From: an uncultured bacterium
GTDB taxonomy: Bacteria > Krumholzibacteriota > Krumholzibacteriia > Krumholzibacteriales > Krumholzibacteriaceae
Assembly (NCBI GenBank): GCA_963786935.1
Contig: CAWBAN010000004.1
Location: forward strand, 307,780 to 371,779
Direction: 5' to 3'
Length of the DNA stretch: 64,000 bases
Position numbers and translations under genes: made by a program. The notes under the pieces were generated by a model. The model worked only from the letters and a program-made list of their open reading frames with translations, did not search any database and had not been told where the DNA came from. Numbering within the stretch: the stretch's first letter is position 1; each line of letters begins with the position of its first letter. Below, one piece after another: positions 38,036 through 46,694 of this stretch.

Positions 38036-38701
38036 ATGCGTAAGTTTTGTTTCGCGGCGGCGCTCGCCCTGTGCGCGATCGCGCTCGCCGCGGCTCTGCT
38101 CGCCGCGGAGGAAGCGCCCGCGGTGGACGCGATGAAGTCGCTCGGCGCGAAGACCTTCGCGCAGCCGTGCCCCGTGTGGGTCATCGGATCGTACGACGCG
38201 GCGGGAAAGCCGAACGTGATGACCGCGTCGTGGGCGGCGATCTGCTGCTCGCAGCCGCCGATGGTGACCGTCTCGCTCAGGAAGGCGACTTACACGTACG
38301 GCAGCATCATGGCGAGCAAGGCGTTCACCGTCAACGTGCCCTCCGAGGCGTTCGTGAAGGAGGCCGCCTATTTCGGAAGCGTCTCGGGCAGGGACGTCGA
38401 CAAATTCAAGGAGAGCGGCCTCACCCCCGTGAAGAGCTCGCTCGTCAACGCGCCGTACATCAAGGAGTTCCCGCTCGTGATCGAGTGCAAGCTCGCGCGG
38501 ACGGTCGAGCTCGGGCTGCACACGATGTTCATCGGCGAGATCGTCGACGTGAAGGCGGCCGAGTCGGTGCTCGGAGCGAACGGCGCGCCCGACGTCGCCA
38601 AGCTCAAGCCCTTCATCTTCGCCCCGGGGAACAGCGGTTTTTTCGGTCTCGGGGCGCCGCTCGGCTCGGGGGAGGAATCGAAGAAAGAGACCGGAAAATA
38701 G
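38036..38701 (+). CDS. Flavin reductase-like (flavoredoxin) protein with N-terminal signal peptide
   Basis: PCPVWVIGSYD..GKPNVMT, FTVNVP, GSVSGRDVDKF and LHTMFIGEI; AAGGAGG RBS. Confidence 0.88.
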   Translation: MRKFCFAAALALCAIALAAALLAAEEAPAVDAMKSLGAKTFAQPCPVWVIGSYDAAGKPNVMTASWAAICCSQPPMVTVSLRKATYTYGSIMASKAFTVNVPSEAFVKEAAYFGSVSGRDVDKFKESGLTPVKSSLVNAPYIKEFPLVIECKLARTVELGLHTMFIGEIVDVKAAESVLGANGAPDVAKLKPFIFAPGNSGFFGLGAPLGSGEESKKETGK

Positions 38702-38733
38702 CCGCGGCAAGCCGCCTGGACACAGCACAAGAG

Positions 38734-38766
38734 AGGGGCCGACGAGGCGTCGGCCCCTTATTATTT
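38734..38766 (+). terminator. Intrinsic terminator
   Basis: AGGGGCCGACG-agg-CGTCGGCCCCT followed by tattattt. Confidence 0.7.
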
Positions 38767-38947
38767 GCATATAATTCAATCGATTGCGCATTTTCCGGCC
38801 CGCTTGGTACGCTTCTTCCAAAGGGAATCGCCCAGAGGGGGTTGAAAGCTCGTTTTCGGCCGTGCTATTATCGTGGCTATTCAGCTCCGCCAGGCACTTC
38901 AACCCTCGCCGATTGAACGATGCCTTCATACGAAAGAAGGTTGCTCC

Positions 38948-41161
38948 GTGGAAGATTTCCGCAATTTCAAGGGAGAAGGCCTCCGTCGGGTCGCAGCGGT
39001 CGTTTCGATGCTCGTGACGCTCTATTACCTCTACTGGAGGGTCACCGAAACGTTCAATCAGTCGGCGCTCTTCTTCTCGTGGGCGCTGTGGATCGCGGAG
39101 TGTTTCGGCACGCTCACGACGTTCCTCTTTTTCTTCGCCGTGTGGCGGCCCCTCACGCGCGAGGCGCCCAAGCCGCTCAAAGGGCGCACGGTGGACGTGC
39201 TCGTGCCGTCGAAGAACGAGCCGGTCACGATTCTGCGCAAGACGCTCCTCGCCTGCTGCGACATGAAATATCCGCACCGGACGCTGCTCCTCGACGACGG
39301 GAACCGCCCCGAGGTCAAGGCGCTCTGCGAGGAGCTCGGCTGCGTCTACCTCGCGCGCGAGAGCCACGATCACGCGAAGGCGGGCAACGTCAATTTCGGG
39401 CTCGAGCACTCCACGGCGGAGTTCGTCGCCATCTTCGACGCGGACCACGCGCCGCTCCCGCACTTCATCGACCGCCTCATCGGCTACTTCGCGGACGAGA
39501 AGGTCGCGTTCGCGCAGGCCCCGCAGGAGTTCTACAACATCGACTCCTTCCAGCACCGCGCCGATCACGAGAAGAAATACGTCTGGACCGAGCAGGGGCT
39601 CTTCTACAACCTCATCCAGCCGGGGCGCGACCGATGGAAGGCCGCCTATTTCGTCGGGAGCTGCGCGCTCATGCGGCGCAAAGCGCTCGACGACGTCGGC
39701 GGCTTCTCGACGATCTCGATCACGGAGGACATGGCGACCTCGATCCGCATCCACGCGAAGGGATGGACGTCCGTCTATCACAACGAGGGGCTCGCCTATG
39801 GGATCGCCGCCGATACGATCAATCCGTTCCACCTGCAGCGCAAGCGCTGGGGGCTCGGCGGATGGCAGGTGTTCTTCAAGTCGAACCCGCTCCTCGTGCG
39901 GGGGCTCAGCTTCCCGCAGCGGCTCTGCTACCTCGGGAGCCTCATCTATCCGATCGAGGGATTCCAGAAATTCGTTTTCTACGTGACCCCGCCGATCGTG
40001 CTTTTCACCGGGATCCTCCCGATGAACGCCCTCGACGTCACGTATCTGCTCCACTTCATCCCGTACTTCGCGCTCTCCCTCTTCGCCTACAGCGAGATGG
40101 GGCGCGGGTACGCGGGATACCTTCTCCTCGAGCAGTTCAGCATGGGCAAGTTCTTCACGTACCTCGAGTCGTTTTTCTCCCTGCTGCTCCCGCGCCGCCT
40201 GAGGCAGTTTAAAGTGACGCCGAAAACGAGGGGAACCGCCACGCCGTATCCCCTCGTCGTGCCGCAGGCGATCGTGTTCGCCGGCAGCGTCATCGGCATC
40301 ATCTGGGCGCTCCTGCAGCTCGTGCTCGGGCTGCGCGGCGACGAGTTCATCATCGCGGTGAACAGCCTGTGGGCGCTCTTCAACAGCGGGCTCGCCATCG
40401 CGATCATCCTCTACGCGCGGACGAAATTCTACCAGCGGAGGACCGAGTTCCGCATTCAGGACGCCGTCCCCGTCTTCTTCTCGTACCGCGACGGCGCGAA
40501 GACCGTTCGCCGGCTCGGCGCGGCGGACGACGCCACGGAGACCGGCATGTCGATCGTCGCCCCGGGGACCATCCCCGCCGATCGCGACCTCGATCTCGAG
40601 ATCATGCTCCCCCGCGTGACGCTCGCGGGAATGGGGCACGTCCTGCATACGAAGACGGCGAACGTGGGGTCCGACACCGTCTCGCGCGCCGGAATCGCCG
40701 TGACGGGACCTTCCGGGCAGGTCGACGTGATGTCGCGGTACCTGCACGAGTCCGCCGTTTCGAAGTTCCTCTCCGAGTACTCGACGCGATACCTCACCTA
40801 CATCGAGAGCCGGCTCGAGAAGCAGCCGCAGCGCAAGGCCCGCGCGCGGCGATTCCGCGCCTACATTCCCGCGCTCGTCCGCGGGAAGGCCGGCGGCACG
40901 TCGCACGGCGTGATCCGGAACATCTCCCAGACCGGCTATCTCCTCGCCGCGCGCGAGGATCTCGCCGAGGGGGACCGGGTCGAGGTGGAAGCGGCGGTCG
41001 GCGACCGGAACGTTCCGCTCCCCGGCGTCGTCGTCAGGGTCGTCCGCCACCATTCGGAGGATTTCCCCGAATGCGTCGCGGGCGTCATTCTGGACAAGGC
41101 GGATCCGATCGTCGTGAACCGCGTTCTCGCGATCGCGGAAGCGACGGCGACCCTGTGGTGA
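38948..41161 (+). CDS. Cellulose-synthase-like GT2 (BcsA-type) with two C-terminal PilZ domains
   Basis: DDG, HAKAGN, DADH, QAPQ, TED and QRKRW; RRTEFR..DATETG and RARRFR..NISQTG PilZ motifs; GTG start uncertain. Confidence 0.88.
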   Translation: MEDFRNFKGEGLRRVAAVVSMLVTLYYLYWRVTETFNQSALFFSWALWIAECFGTLTTFLFFFAVWRPLTREAPKPLKGRTVDVLVPSKNEPVTILRKTLLACCDMKYPHRTLLLDDGNRPEVKALCEELGCVYLARESHDHAKAGNVNFGLEHSTAEFVAIFDADHAPLPHFIDRLIGYFADEKVAFAQAPQEFYNIDSFQHRADHEKKYVWTEQGLFYNLIQPGRDRWKAAYFVGSCALMRRKALDDVGGFSTISITEDMATSIRIHAKGWTSVYHNEGLAYGIAADTINPFHLQRKRWGLGGWQVFFKSNPLLVRGLSFPQRLCYLGSLIYPIEGFQKFVFYVTPPIVLFTGILPMNALDVTYLLHFIPYFALSLFAYSEMGRGYAGYLLLEQFSMGKFFTYLESFFSLLLPRRLRQFKVTPKTRGTATPYPLVVPQAIVFAGSVIGIIWALLQLVLGLRGDEFIIAVNSLWALFNSGLAIAIILYARTKFYQRRTEFRIQDAVPVFFSYRDGAKTVRRLGAADDATETGMSIVAPGTIPADRDLDLEIMLPRVTLAGMGHVLHTKTANVGSDTVSRAGIAVTGPSGQVDVMSRYLHESAVSKFLSEYSTRYLTYIESRLEKQPQRKARARRFRAYIPALVRGKAGGTSHGVIRNISQTGYLLAAREDLAEGDRVEVEAAVGDRNVPLPGVVVRVVRHHSEDFPECVAGVILDKADPIVVNRVLAIAEATATLW

Positions 41162-41168
41162 TGCGTCA

Positions 41169-42572
41169 ATGAAGCCGATTCATCGAAGACTGCTCCTCGC
41201 CGCGATCCTGCTCTACGGGCTCGTCGTGAGCCTCACGGATCTGGACTACAACTCCGTCTTTATCGACGAGGCGTTCCAGATCACGATGGGGAAGGAGATC
41301 CTCGGCGGAGAGCCCTGCCTCGGATGCCCGCACCACACCGGTTCGGTGATGATCTGGCCGGTGCTCGCGGGGCTCGCGGACCGGGCCGGCGGCATACACG
41401 CCGTCAGGATCCTGAACGTCCTCATCGGGCTCGCCCTCACCATGATCGTCTACGCGACGGCGTCGATGCTGTACGGCGGCGGCCGGGCGCTCATCGCGGC
41501 GGCGGTCTTCATGTTCGCGGGGCAGACCCTCTACCTCATGAAGCTCGGCACGTACGACATGATCGCCGCGTTCTTCATCGGCGCCTCGTTCCATATGTTC
41601 GTCCTTTCGACCTCGACCGGGGCGCGGTGGCACCGGAACCTCGCGATCGTCTTCGGCGCGGCGGCGCTGTTTCTCGCCGCGATCACGAAGTATCTGCTCC
41701 CCGTGTTCGTGCCGGCGCTCGTGCTGTACGTCCTCGTCAAGCACGGAGTCAGGCGGACCGCGCTCTTCTGCGTGCTCCCGCTCGCCGCGCTCGCCGCGCT
41801 CTACCTCGGGTTCGACCAGTACGCGCCGCGGGTTCAGGTGCTCGGCCAGGTCGAGACCTACGCGAACATCAAGGTGCCGGTCGAGACCATCTTCGCGTGG
41901 GCGTTCCGCTGGATCGCGTTCGTCATGCTGCTGGCCGTCTTCGGCGCGTTCCACGAGCGGTACGGGAAAACGGCGATCATGCTCATCGCGCTGTCCTCGC
42001 CGATCATCGTGCTCCATCTCGTGACCCGCGCGGAGCAGTCGGTGAACAAGAACATGATCTTCGCGCTCATTTTCCTCGCCCCCGCGGCGGCGCTCGGCGT
42101 GGAGCACCTCGTGAGGATATTCTCGTTCGGGGCGAGGCACCGGGTCGTCCGCGGCTTTTTCACCGTCGCCATTCTCGTCATCTTCTGGGCGTACGGGCTC
42201 TTCAACCTCCGGTGGCTCGAGCGGCAGTATCCGGACGTGACGCCGCTCATCGAGTTCTTCGAGACGAGGGGCTTCGACGGTATGACCGTCGCGTTCAACG
42301 GCTGGGACGGGGTCATCTACGAATACGTGCTCGAGGACCGCTATCCGAACGCCCGCTTCCTCAACGTGTTCGAGATCAAGAAGACCGATTCGCCGAGGCC
42401 GGCGTTCGCCGAGCGGGTGGACTTTGTCGTGTGCGAGGACCTCTTTTACGGAAAGATGTGCCCGTGCAGCCAGTTCAGCCCGTATTTCATGGATGACTTC
42501 GCGCTCGTAAGGGATTTCACGATCGAACACTCATGGGGCGAAACGGACGCCCAGATCTACGGAAGGAGATAA
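41169..42572 (+). CDS. GT-C fold (PMT/ArnT-like) membrane glycosyltransferase
   Basis: FIDEA motif after TM1, many TM helices, LAAITKY motif, soluble C-terminal domain. Confidence 0.75.
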   Translation: MKPIHRRLLLAAILLYGLVVSLTDLDYNSVFIDEAFQITMGKEILGGEPCLGCPHHTGSVMIWPVLAGLADRAGGIHAVRILNVLIGLALTMIVYATASMLYGGGRALIAAAVFMFAGQTLYLMKLGTYDMIAAFFIGASFHMFVLSTSTGARWHRNLAIVFGAAALFLAAITKYLLPVFVPALVLYVLVKHGVRRTALFCVLPLAALAALYLGFDQYAPRVQVLGQVETYANIKVPVETIFAWAFRWIAFVMLLAVFGAFHERYGKTAIMLIALSSPIIVLHLVTRAEQSVNKNMIFALIFLAPAAALGVEHLVRIFSFGARHRVVRGFFTVAILVIFWAYGLFNLRWLERQYPDVTPLIEFFETRGFDGMTVAFNGWDGVIYEYVLEDRYPNARFLNVFEIKKTDSPRPAFAERVDFVVCEDLFYGKMCPCSQFSPYFMDDFALVRDFTIEHSWGETDAQIYGRR

Positions 42573-42575
42573 GAA

Positions 42576-43025
42576 ATGAAACGTCACGCGTTCGGGATGG
42601 CAATCGCACTGCTGTGCGTTCTTCTCTGCTCGGGCAGCGCCTTCGCGATCGTCGGCTTCCGCGGCTCCACGTGGGGGGAGCTGCGGGGCGAGCTGCCGGA
42701 TGACGTGGAGGACAACCTGCTGCTGCGGGGCTGGGTCAAGCAGGGAGTGGATTGGGCGAAATGGGGGAACATGACGCTCAACACCTACGCCACCGTGCGC
42801 TACGAGCTCGACACGCAGGGGTACGACTGGAACAACCTCGTCGGCCCCGGTATCGGTATCGCGCTCGAGGCGTACTCGTCGAAGGGCGTCACCGCCTCGT
42901 TCGGCATCGAATACATGTGGGACCGCTACATCGGCGTGGACGAAGCTTCGCCGTTCGACGTGAACGCGCAGAAGCTCGTCATCTACGCGAACTGGTACGG
43001 ATGGTGGGACCTCATGAGGAAGTGA
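42576..43025 (+). CDS. Small secreted beta-strand-rich protein, probable outer-membrane barrel subunit
   Basis: Signal peptide (AFA); alternating aromatic strands; ends YANWYGWWDL. Confidence 0.7.
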   Translation: MKRHAFGMAIALLCVLLCSGSAFAIVGFRGSTWGELRGELPDDVEDNLLLRGWVKQGVDWAKWGNMTLNTYATVRYELDTQGYDWNNLVGPGIGIALEAYSSKGVTASFGIEYMWDRYIGVDEASPFDVNAQKLVIYANWYGWWDLMRK

Positions 43026-43035
43026 CCGCCGGCGA

Positions 43036-43923
43036 TCACTTCCTCCTTCCGTCGATACCGATCGTCACCGTCTCCAGCGGGATCTCCCTGCCCGAGTCCC
43101 GGATCGCCTGCTCGACGATCCGCACGAGGCCGCCGCAGCAGGGGACTTCCATTCGCGCGACGGTAACAGATTTCACGTCGTTCCGCTTGAACATTTCGGT
43201 GAATTTCTCGAGGTAGTGCGCGGCGTCGTCGAGCTTGGGGCAGCCGACGAGGAGCGCTTTGCCGGCGAGGAGATCCTCGTGGAAACCCGCGAAGGCGAAG
43301 GGGACGCAATCCGCGGCGACGAGGAGATCGGCGCCCGCGAGGAACGGCGCCGCCGGCGGCACGAGCATGATCTGCACGGGCCACTGGCGCAGGCGCGACG
43401 GGCGCTCCGCCGGCGCGGCCACGGGAGGGGCCGGAGCCGCGCTCGAAGACGGAGCGTCCGCGCCCTGCGTTTCAGAGGTTTCGAAGCTGACCACCCGCGA
43501 GCCGGGGCAGCCGCCGCACGCGGCGGGCGCGCGGTCCGCGCCGCCGCAGCGGCCCGACGGCTCGAGAAACTCCTCCGGAATCTCGATATCGCGGTCGACG
43601 AGGAACGCGAGCGCCTCGCGGAAATACTCGTCCTGAGCGTGATCCTTGAGGTGCGCGAGGTGGGCCCTGATGACGTTCGGGCCGCCCCGCGCGATATTCG
43701 CCATCACGACACTTTCGTCGTAGGGCGCCGCCTCGCGGGATTCGGTCGTGATCGCCCCCTCGGGGCAGTGGCCGATGCACGCGCCGAGCCCGTCGCAGAA
43801 GAGGTCGCTCACGAGCCGTGCCTTGCCGTCGATGATCTGGAGCGCCCCCTCGGGGCAGTTCGGGATGCACAGGCCGCAGCCGGTGCACCGTTCCTCGTCG
43901 ATCGTGATTATCTGTCGGTTCAT
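43036..43923 (-). CDS. 4Fe-4S dicluster ferredoxin-domain oxidoreductase
   Basis: CTGCGLCIPNCP, CDGLGACIGHCP, QWPVQ, GCPKLD and MEVPCC. Confidence 0.9.
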   Translation of the reverse strand: MNRQIITIDEERCTGCGLCIPNCPEGALQIIDGKARLVSDLFCDGLGACIGHCPEGAITTESREAAPYDESVVMANIARGGPNVIRAHLAHLKDHAQDEYFREALAFLVDRDIEIPEEFLEPSGRCGGADRAPAACGGCPGSRVVSFETSETQGADAPSSSAAPAPPVAAPAERPSRLRQWPVQIMLVPPAAPFLAGADLLVAADCVPFAFAGFHEDLLAGKALLVGCPKLDDAAHYLEKFTEMFKRNDVKSVTVARMEVPCCGGLVRIVEQAIRDSGREIPLETVTIGIDGRRK

Positions 43924-43936
43924 GCAGCACTCCTCC

Positions 43937-43962
43937 TATATAGGTATTACAGTACCAATATA
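43937..43962. promoter_or_regulatory. Inverted-repeat operator adjacent to the RBS of the Fe-S protein gene
   Basis: TATATAGGTA-N6-TACCAATATA (9/10 symmetric). Confidence 0.55.
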
Positions 43963-44132
43963 CATTTAATGCCCGTCCCCGTCAAGGCGTAAAACGGGGC
44001 ATGTCCGGCGGCCGCGCCGCGGGGGAGAGCGCCGAAAAACGGCTCTCCAACGGGGAGGCGGCGCGTGATATACTCGATCCGATTTCACCTTCAGCGGCCC
44101 GCGCCCCTCACGGCGCGCGGCACGGAGGATCG

Positions 44133-46679
44133 ATGAACCGCCCCGCGCTTCTCGTCGCGCTGCTGCTCCCGATCGCGCTCCTCGCGTCATCGTGCAACGA
44201 GCCGTCCGGCCACTGGACGGTCCCGCTCGACCGGGGATGGGAGTTCCGGTGGGTCTCCGAGGGGGTATGGCATCCGGCGAGCGTGCCCGGATGCGTCCAT
44301 ACCGATCTCCTCGCGGCCGGGATCATCGAGAATCCGTTCTTCGGGACGAACGAGAGCGGTCTCCAGTGGATCGAGAACGTGGACTGGGAATATCGCACCG
44401 TCTTCGACGCGCCCGCCGAGTTCCTCGAGCGGGAGCGCGTCGATCTCGAGTTCGACGGGCTCGACACCTACGCCGACGTCTATCTGAACGGCACGCTCGT
44501 CCTGCGGGCCGACAATATGTTCCGCGAGTGGCGCGTGCCGTGCGAGGGCATCCTGCGCGCGCGGGGGAACGAGCTGCGCGTCTATTTCCATTCGCCCGTC
44601 GCCGCGGTTAAGCCGGAGTGGGATGCGCTCGGCCGCGAGCTCCCCGGCGGCCCGCGCGTCCTCACGAGAAAGGCGGCGTACCACTACGGATGGGACTGGG
44701 CGCCGCGGTTCGTGACCTCCGGCATCTGGCGCCCCGCGCGCCTGCGCGCCTGGGACCAGGCGAGAATCGCCGACTTCCGGATCGTGCAGAAGCGCCTCGA
44801 CGAGAAATCGGCGGAGCTCGCCGCCGTGTTCGAGATCGAGGCGCTCGATCAGGGGAAGGCGTTTCTGACGGTGCGCCGCGAGGGCCGGATCGTCGCGAGC
44901 GTTTTCGCGAGCCTCGAGCCGGGGATGAACGTCGCGACGGTCGATTTCACCATTCCCGAGCCGAAGCTCTGGTGGCCGAACGGGCTCGGCGCGCCCGAGC
45001 TGTACGAAGTGTCGGGCGAGATACGGAGCGGGGATCTCATTCTCGATCTGGTCGAAAAGCGCATCGGTCTCCGGACGATCGAGCTCGTCCGCGAGCCGGA
45101 CGATACGGGGGAGAGCTTCTATTTCCGGGTGAACGGCGTGAGCGTCTTCATGAAGGGGGCGAATTTCGTCCCCATGGACAGCTTTATCCCCCGCGTCACT
45201 GATGACCGGTACGAATCGCTCGTCGCGATCGCGGCCGGGGCGGGGATGAACATGCTGCGCGTGTGGGGCGGCGGCGTTTACGAGAACGAGCGCTTCTACG
45301 ATCTGTGCGACGAGTACGGCATTCTCGTCTGGCAGGATTTCATGTTCGCCTGCGCGATGTATCCCGGCGATTCCCGGTTTCTCGACAACGTACGGGAAGA
45401 AGCGACCGGCGTCGTGCGCCGGCTCCGGAACCATCCGTGCCTCGCGCTCTGGTGCGGCAACAACGAGATCGACGAGGCGTGGCACCGGTGGGGCTGGCAG
45501 CGGCAGTACGGATACTCCGCCGCCGACTCGGCGCAAATATGGGGCGACTACGTCCGGCTCTTCCACGAGCTGCTGCCCGGCGTCGTGGCGGAGCTCGATC
45601 CGGAGACGGCCTACTGGCCTTCGTCTCCGAGCTACGGCCGCGCCGATCCGAGGAGCCTCACGGAGGGGGATTCGCACTACTGGGGTGTGTGGCACGACGG
45701 CGAACCGTTCGAGGCGTTTCTCGGCACGGTGCCGCGGTTCATGAGCGAGTTCGGATTCCAGTCGTTTCCGACGATCGAGACGATCGAGGGATTCACCACG
45801 CCGGAGGACCGGCGCATCGATTCGCCGGCGATGCTCGCGCACCAGAAGCACCCGCGGGGGAACGAGATCATCGAACGGTACCTGAAACTGTATTATCGCG
45901 AGCCGCGCGACTTCGAGTCGTTCGTCTACGTGGGCCAGCTCCTCCAGGCGGAGGGGATGAAGACGGCCATCGAGGCGCACCGCCGCGCGAGGCCGCGGTG
46001 CATGGGCTCGCTCTTCTGGCAGCTCAACGACTGCTGGCCCGCGGCCTCGTGGTCGAGCATGGATTACGAGGGGGATCCGAAGGCGCTCCTCTACTTCGCG
46101 ACCGACGCCTTCAGCGAGGTGCTCGTCTCGCCGGTCGTCGAGAACGACACGGTCCGCGTGTACGTCATCTCCGACCGCGCGCAGGCGTTCGAAGGGCTCC
46201 TCCGGCTGCGGCTCCTCGATTTTCGCGGGAACGTCATCTGGGAGTCGAGCCGTCGCCTGACGATCCGTCCGGGCTCGTCGCGTCCCGTCTTCGCCGAGGG
46301 CGTCGCCCGCGTCCTGGCCGGCGAGAATCCGCGCCGCGTCGTGCTCTCGGCTGAGCTGTCCGATCAGGAGGGGATCGTCTCGAGGAATCTGCTCTACTTC
46401 GTGCCGCCGCGGGAGCTCGATCTCCCGAAGGCCCAGTTCGTGGGGACCGGGATCGAGCCCGCGGGCGGAAGCGGCTCGGGGGCGTTGATCATTTCGTTCC
46501 AGAGCGACGTCCTCGTGAAGAACGTGCGCCTGTCGGCGCCGGGGCTCGAAGGCTACTTCGAGAGGAACTACTTCGACGTTCTCCCGGGCACGACGGCGCG
46601 CGTGCGGTTTTTCACCGACGAAAAGATCGAGGACCTCGACTCGCTGATTCAGGCGACGTCTCTCGTCGACACCTATTGA
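44133..46679 (+). CDS. Beta-mannosidase, GH2 (lipoprotein)
   Basis: FDGLDTYA, GWDWAP, NMLRVWGGG, WCGNNE, SEFGFQS and WQLNDCWP; lipobox SSC. Confidence 0.93.
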   Translation: MNRPALLVALLLPIALLASSCNEPSGHWTVPLDRGWEFRWVSEGVWHPASVPGCVHTDLLAAGIIENPFFGTNESGLQWIENVDWEYRTVFDAPAEFLERERVDLEFDGLDTYADVYLNGTLVLRADNMFREWRVPCEGILRARGNELRVYFHSPVAAVKPEWDALGRELPGGPRVLTRKAAYHYGWDWAPRFVTSGIWRPARLRAWDQARIADFRIVQKRLDEKSAELAAVFEIEALDQGKAFLTVRREGRIVASVFASLEPGMNVATVDFTIPEPKLWWPNGLGAPELYEVSGEIRSGDLILDLVEKRIGLRTIELVREPDDTGESFYFRVNGVSVFMKGANFVPMDSFIPRVTDDRYESLVAIAAGAGMNMLRVWGGGVYENERFYDLCDEYGILVWQDFMFACAMYPGDSRFLDNVREEATGVVRRLRNHPCLALWCGNNEIDEAWHRWGWQRQYGYSAADSAQIWGDYVRLFHELLPGVVAELDPETAYWPSSPSYGRADPRSLTEGDSHYWGVWHDGEPFEAFLGTVPRFMSEFGFQSFPTIETIEGFTTPEDRRIDSPAMLAHQKHPRGNEIIERYLKLYYREPRDFESFVYVGQLLQAEGMKTAIEAHRRARPRCMGSLFWQLNDCWPAASWSSMDYEGDPKALLYFATDAFSEVLVSPVVENDTVRVYVISDRAQAFEGLLRLRLLDFRGNVIWESSRRLTIRPGSSRPVFAEGVARVLAGENPRRVVLSAELSDQEGIVSRNLLYFVPPRELDLPKAQFVGTGIEPAGGSGSGALIISFQSDVLVKNVRLSAPGLEGYFERNYFDVLPGTTARVRFFTDEKIEDLDSLIQATSLVDTY

Positions 46680-46694
46680 TCAAAGGAGCGTTCG

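Noticed and set aside
37727..41053. 1108-aa minus-strand ORF and similar long antisense ORFs (e.g. 35199-38024, 46680-49391, 2321-4342)
   Set aside because: Shadow frames of GC-rich genes; Arg-rich with no motifs, and opposite well-supported CDSs
38948..41161. Assigning the symbol bcsA
   Set aside because: No bcsB/C/Z context and the product linkage cannot be determined from motifs alone
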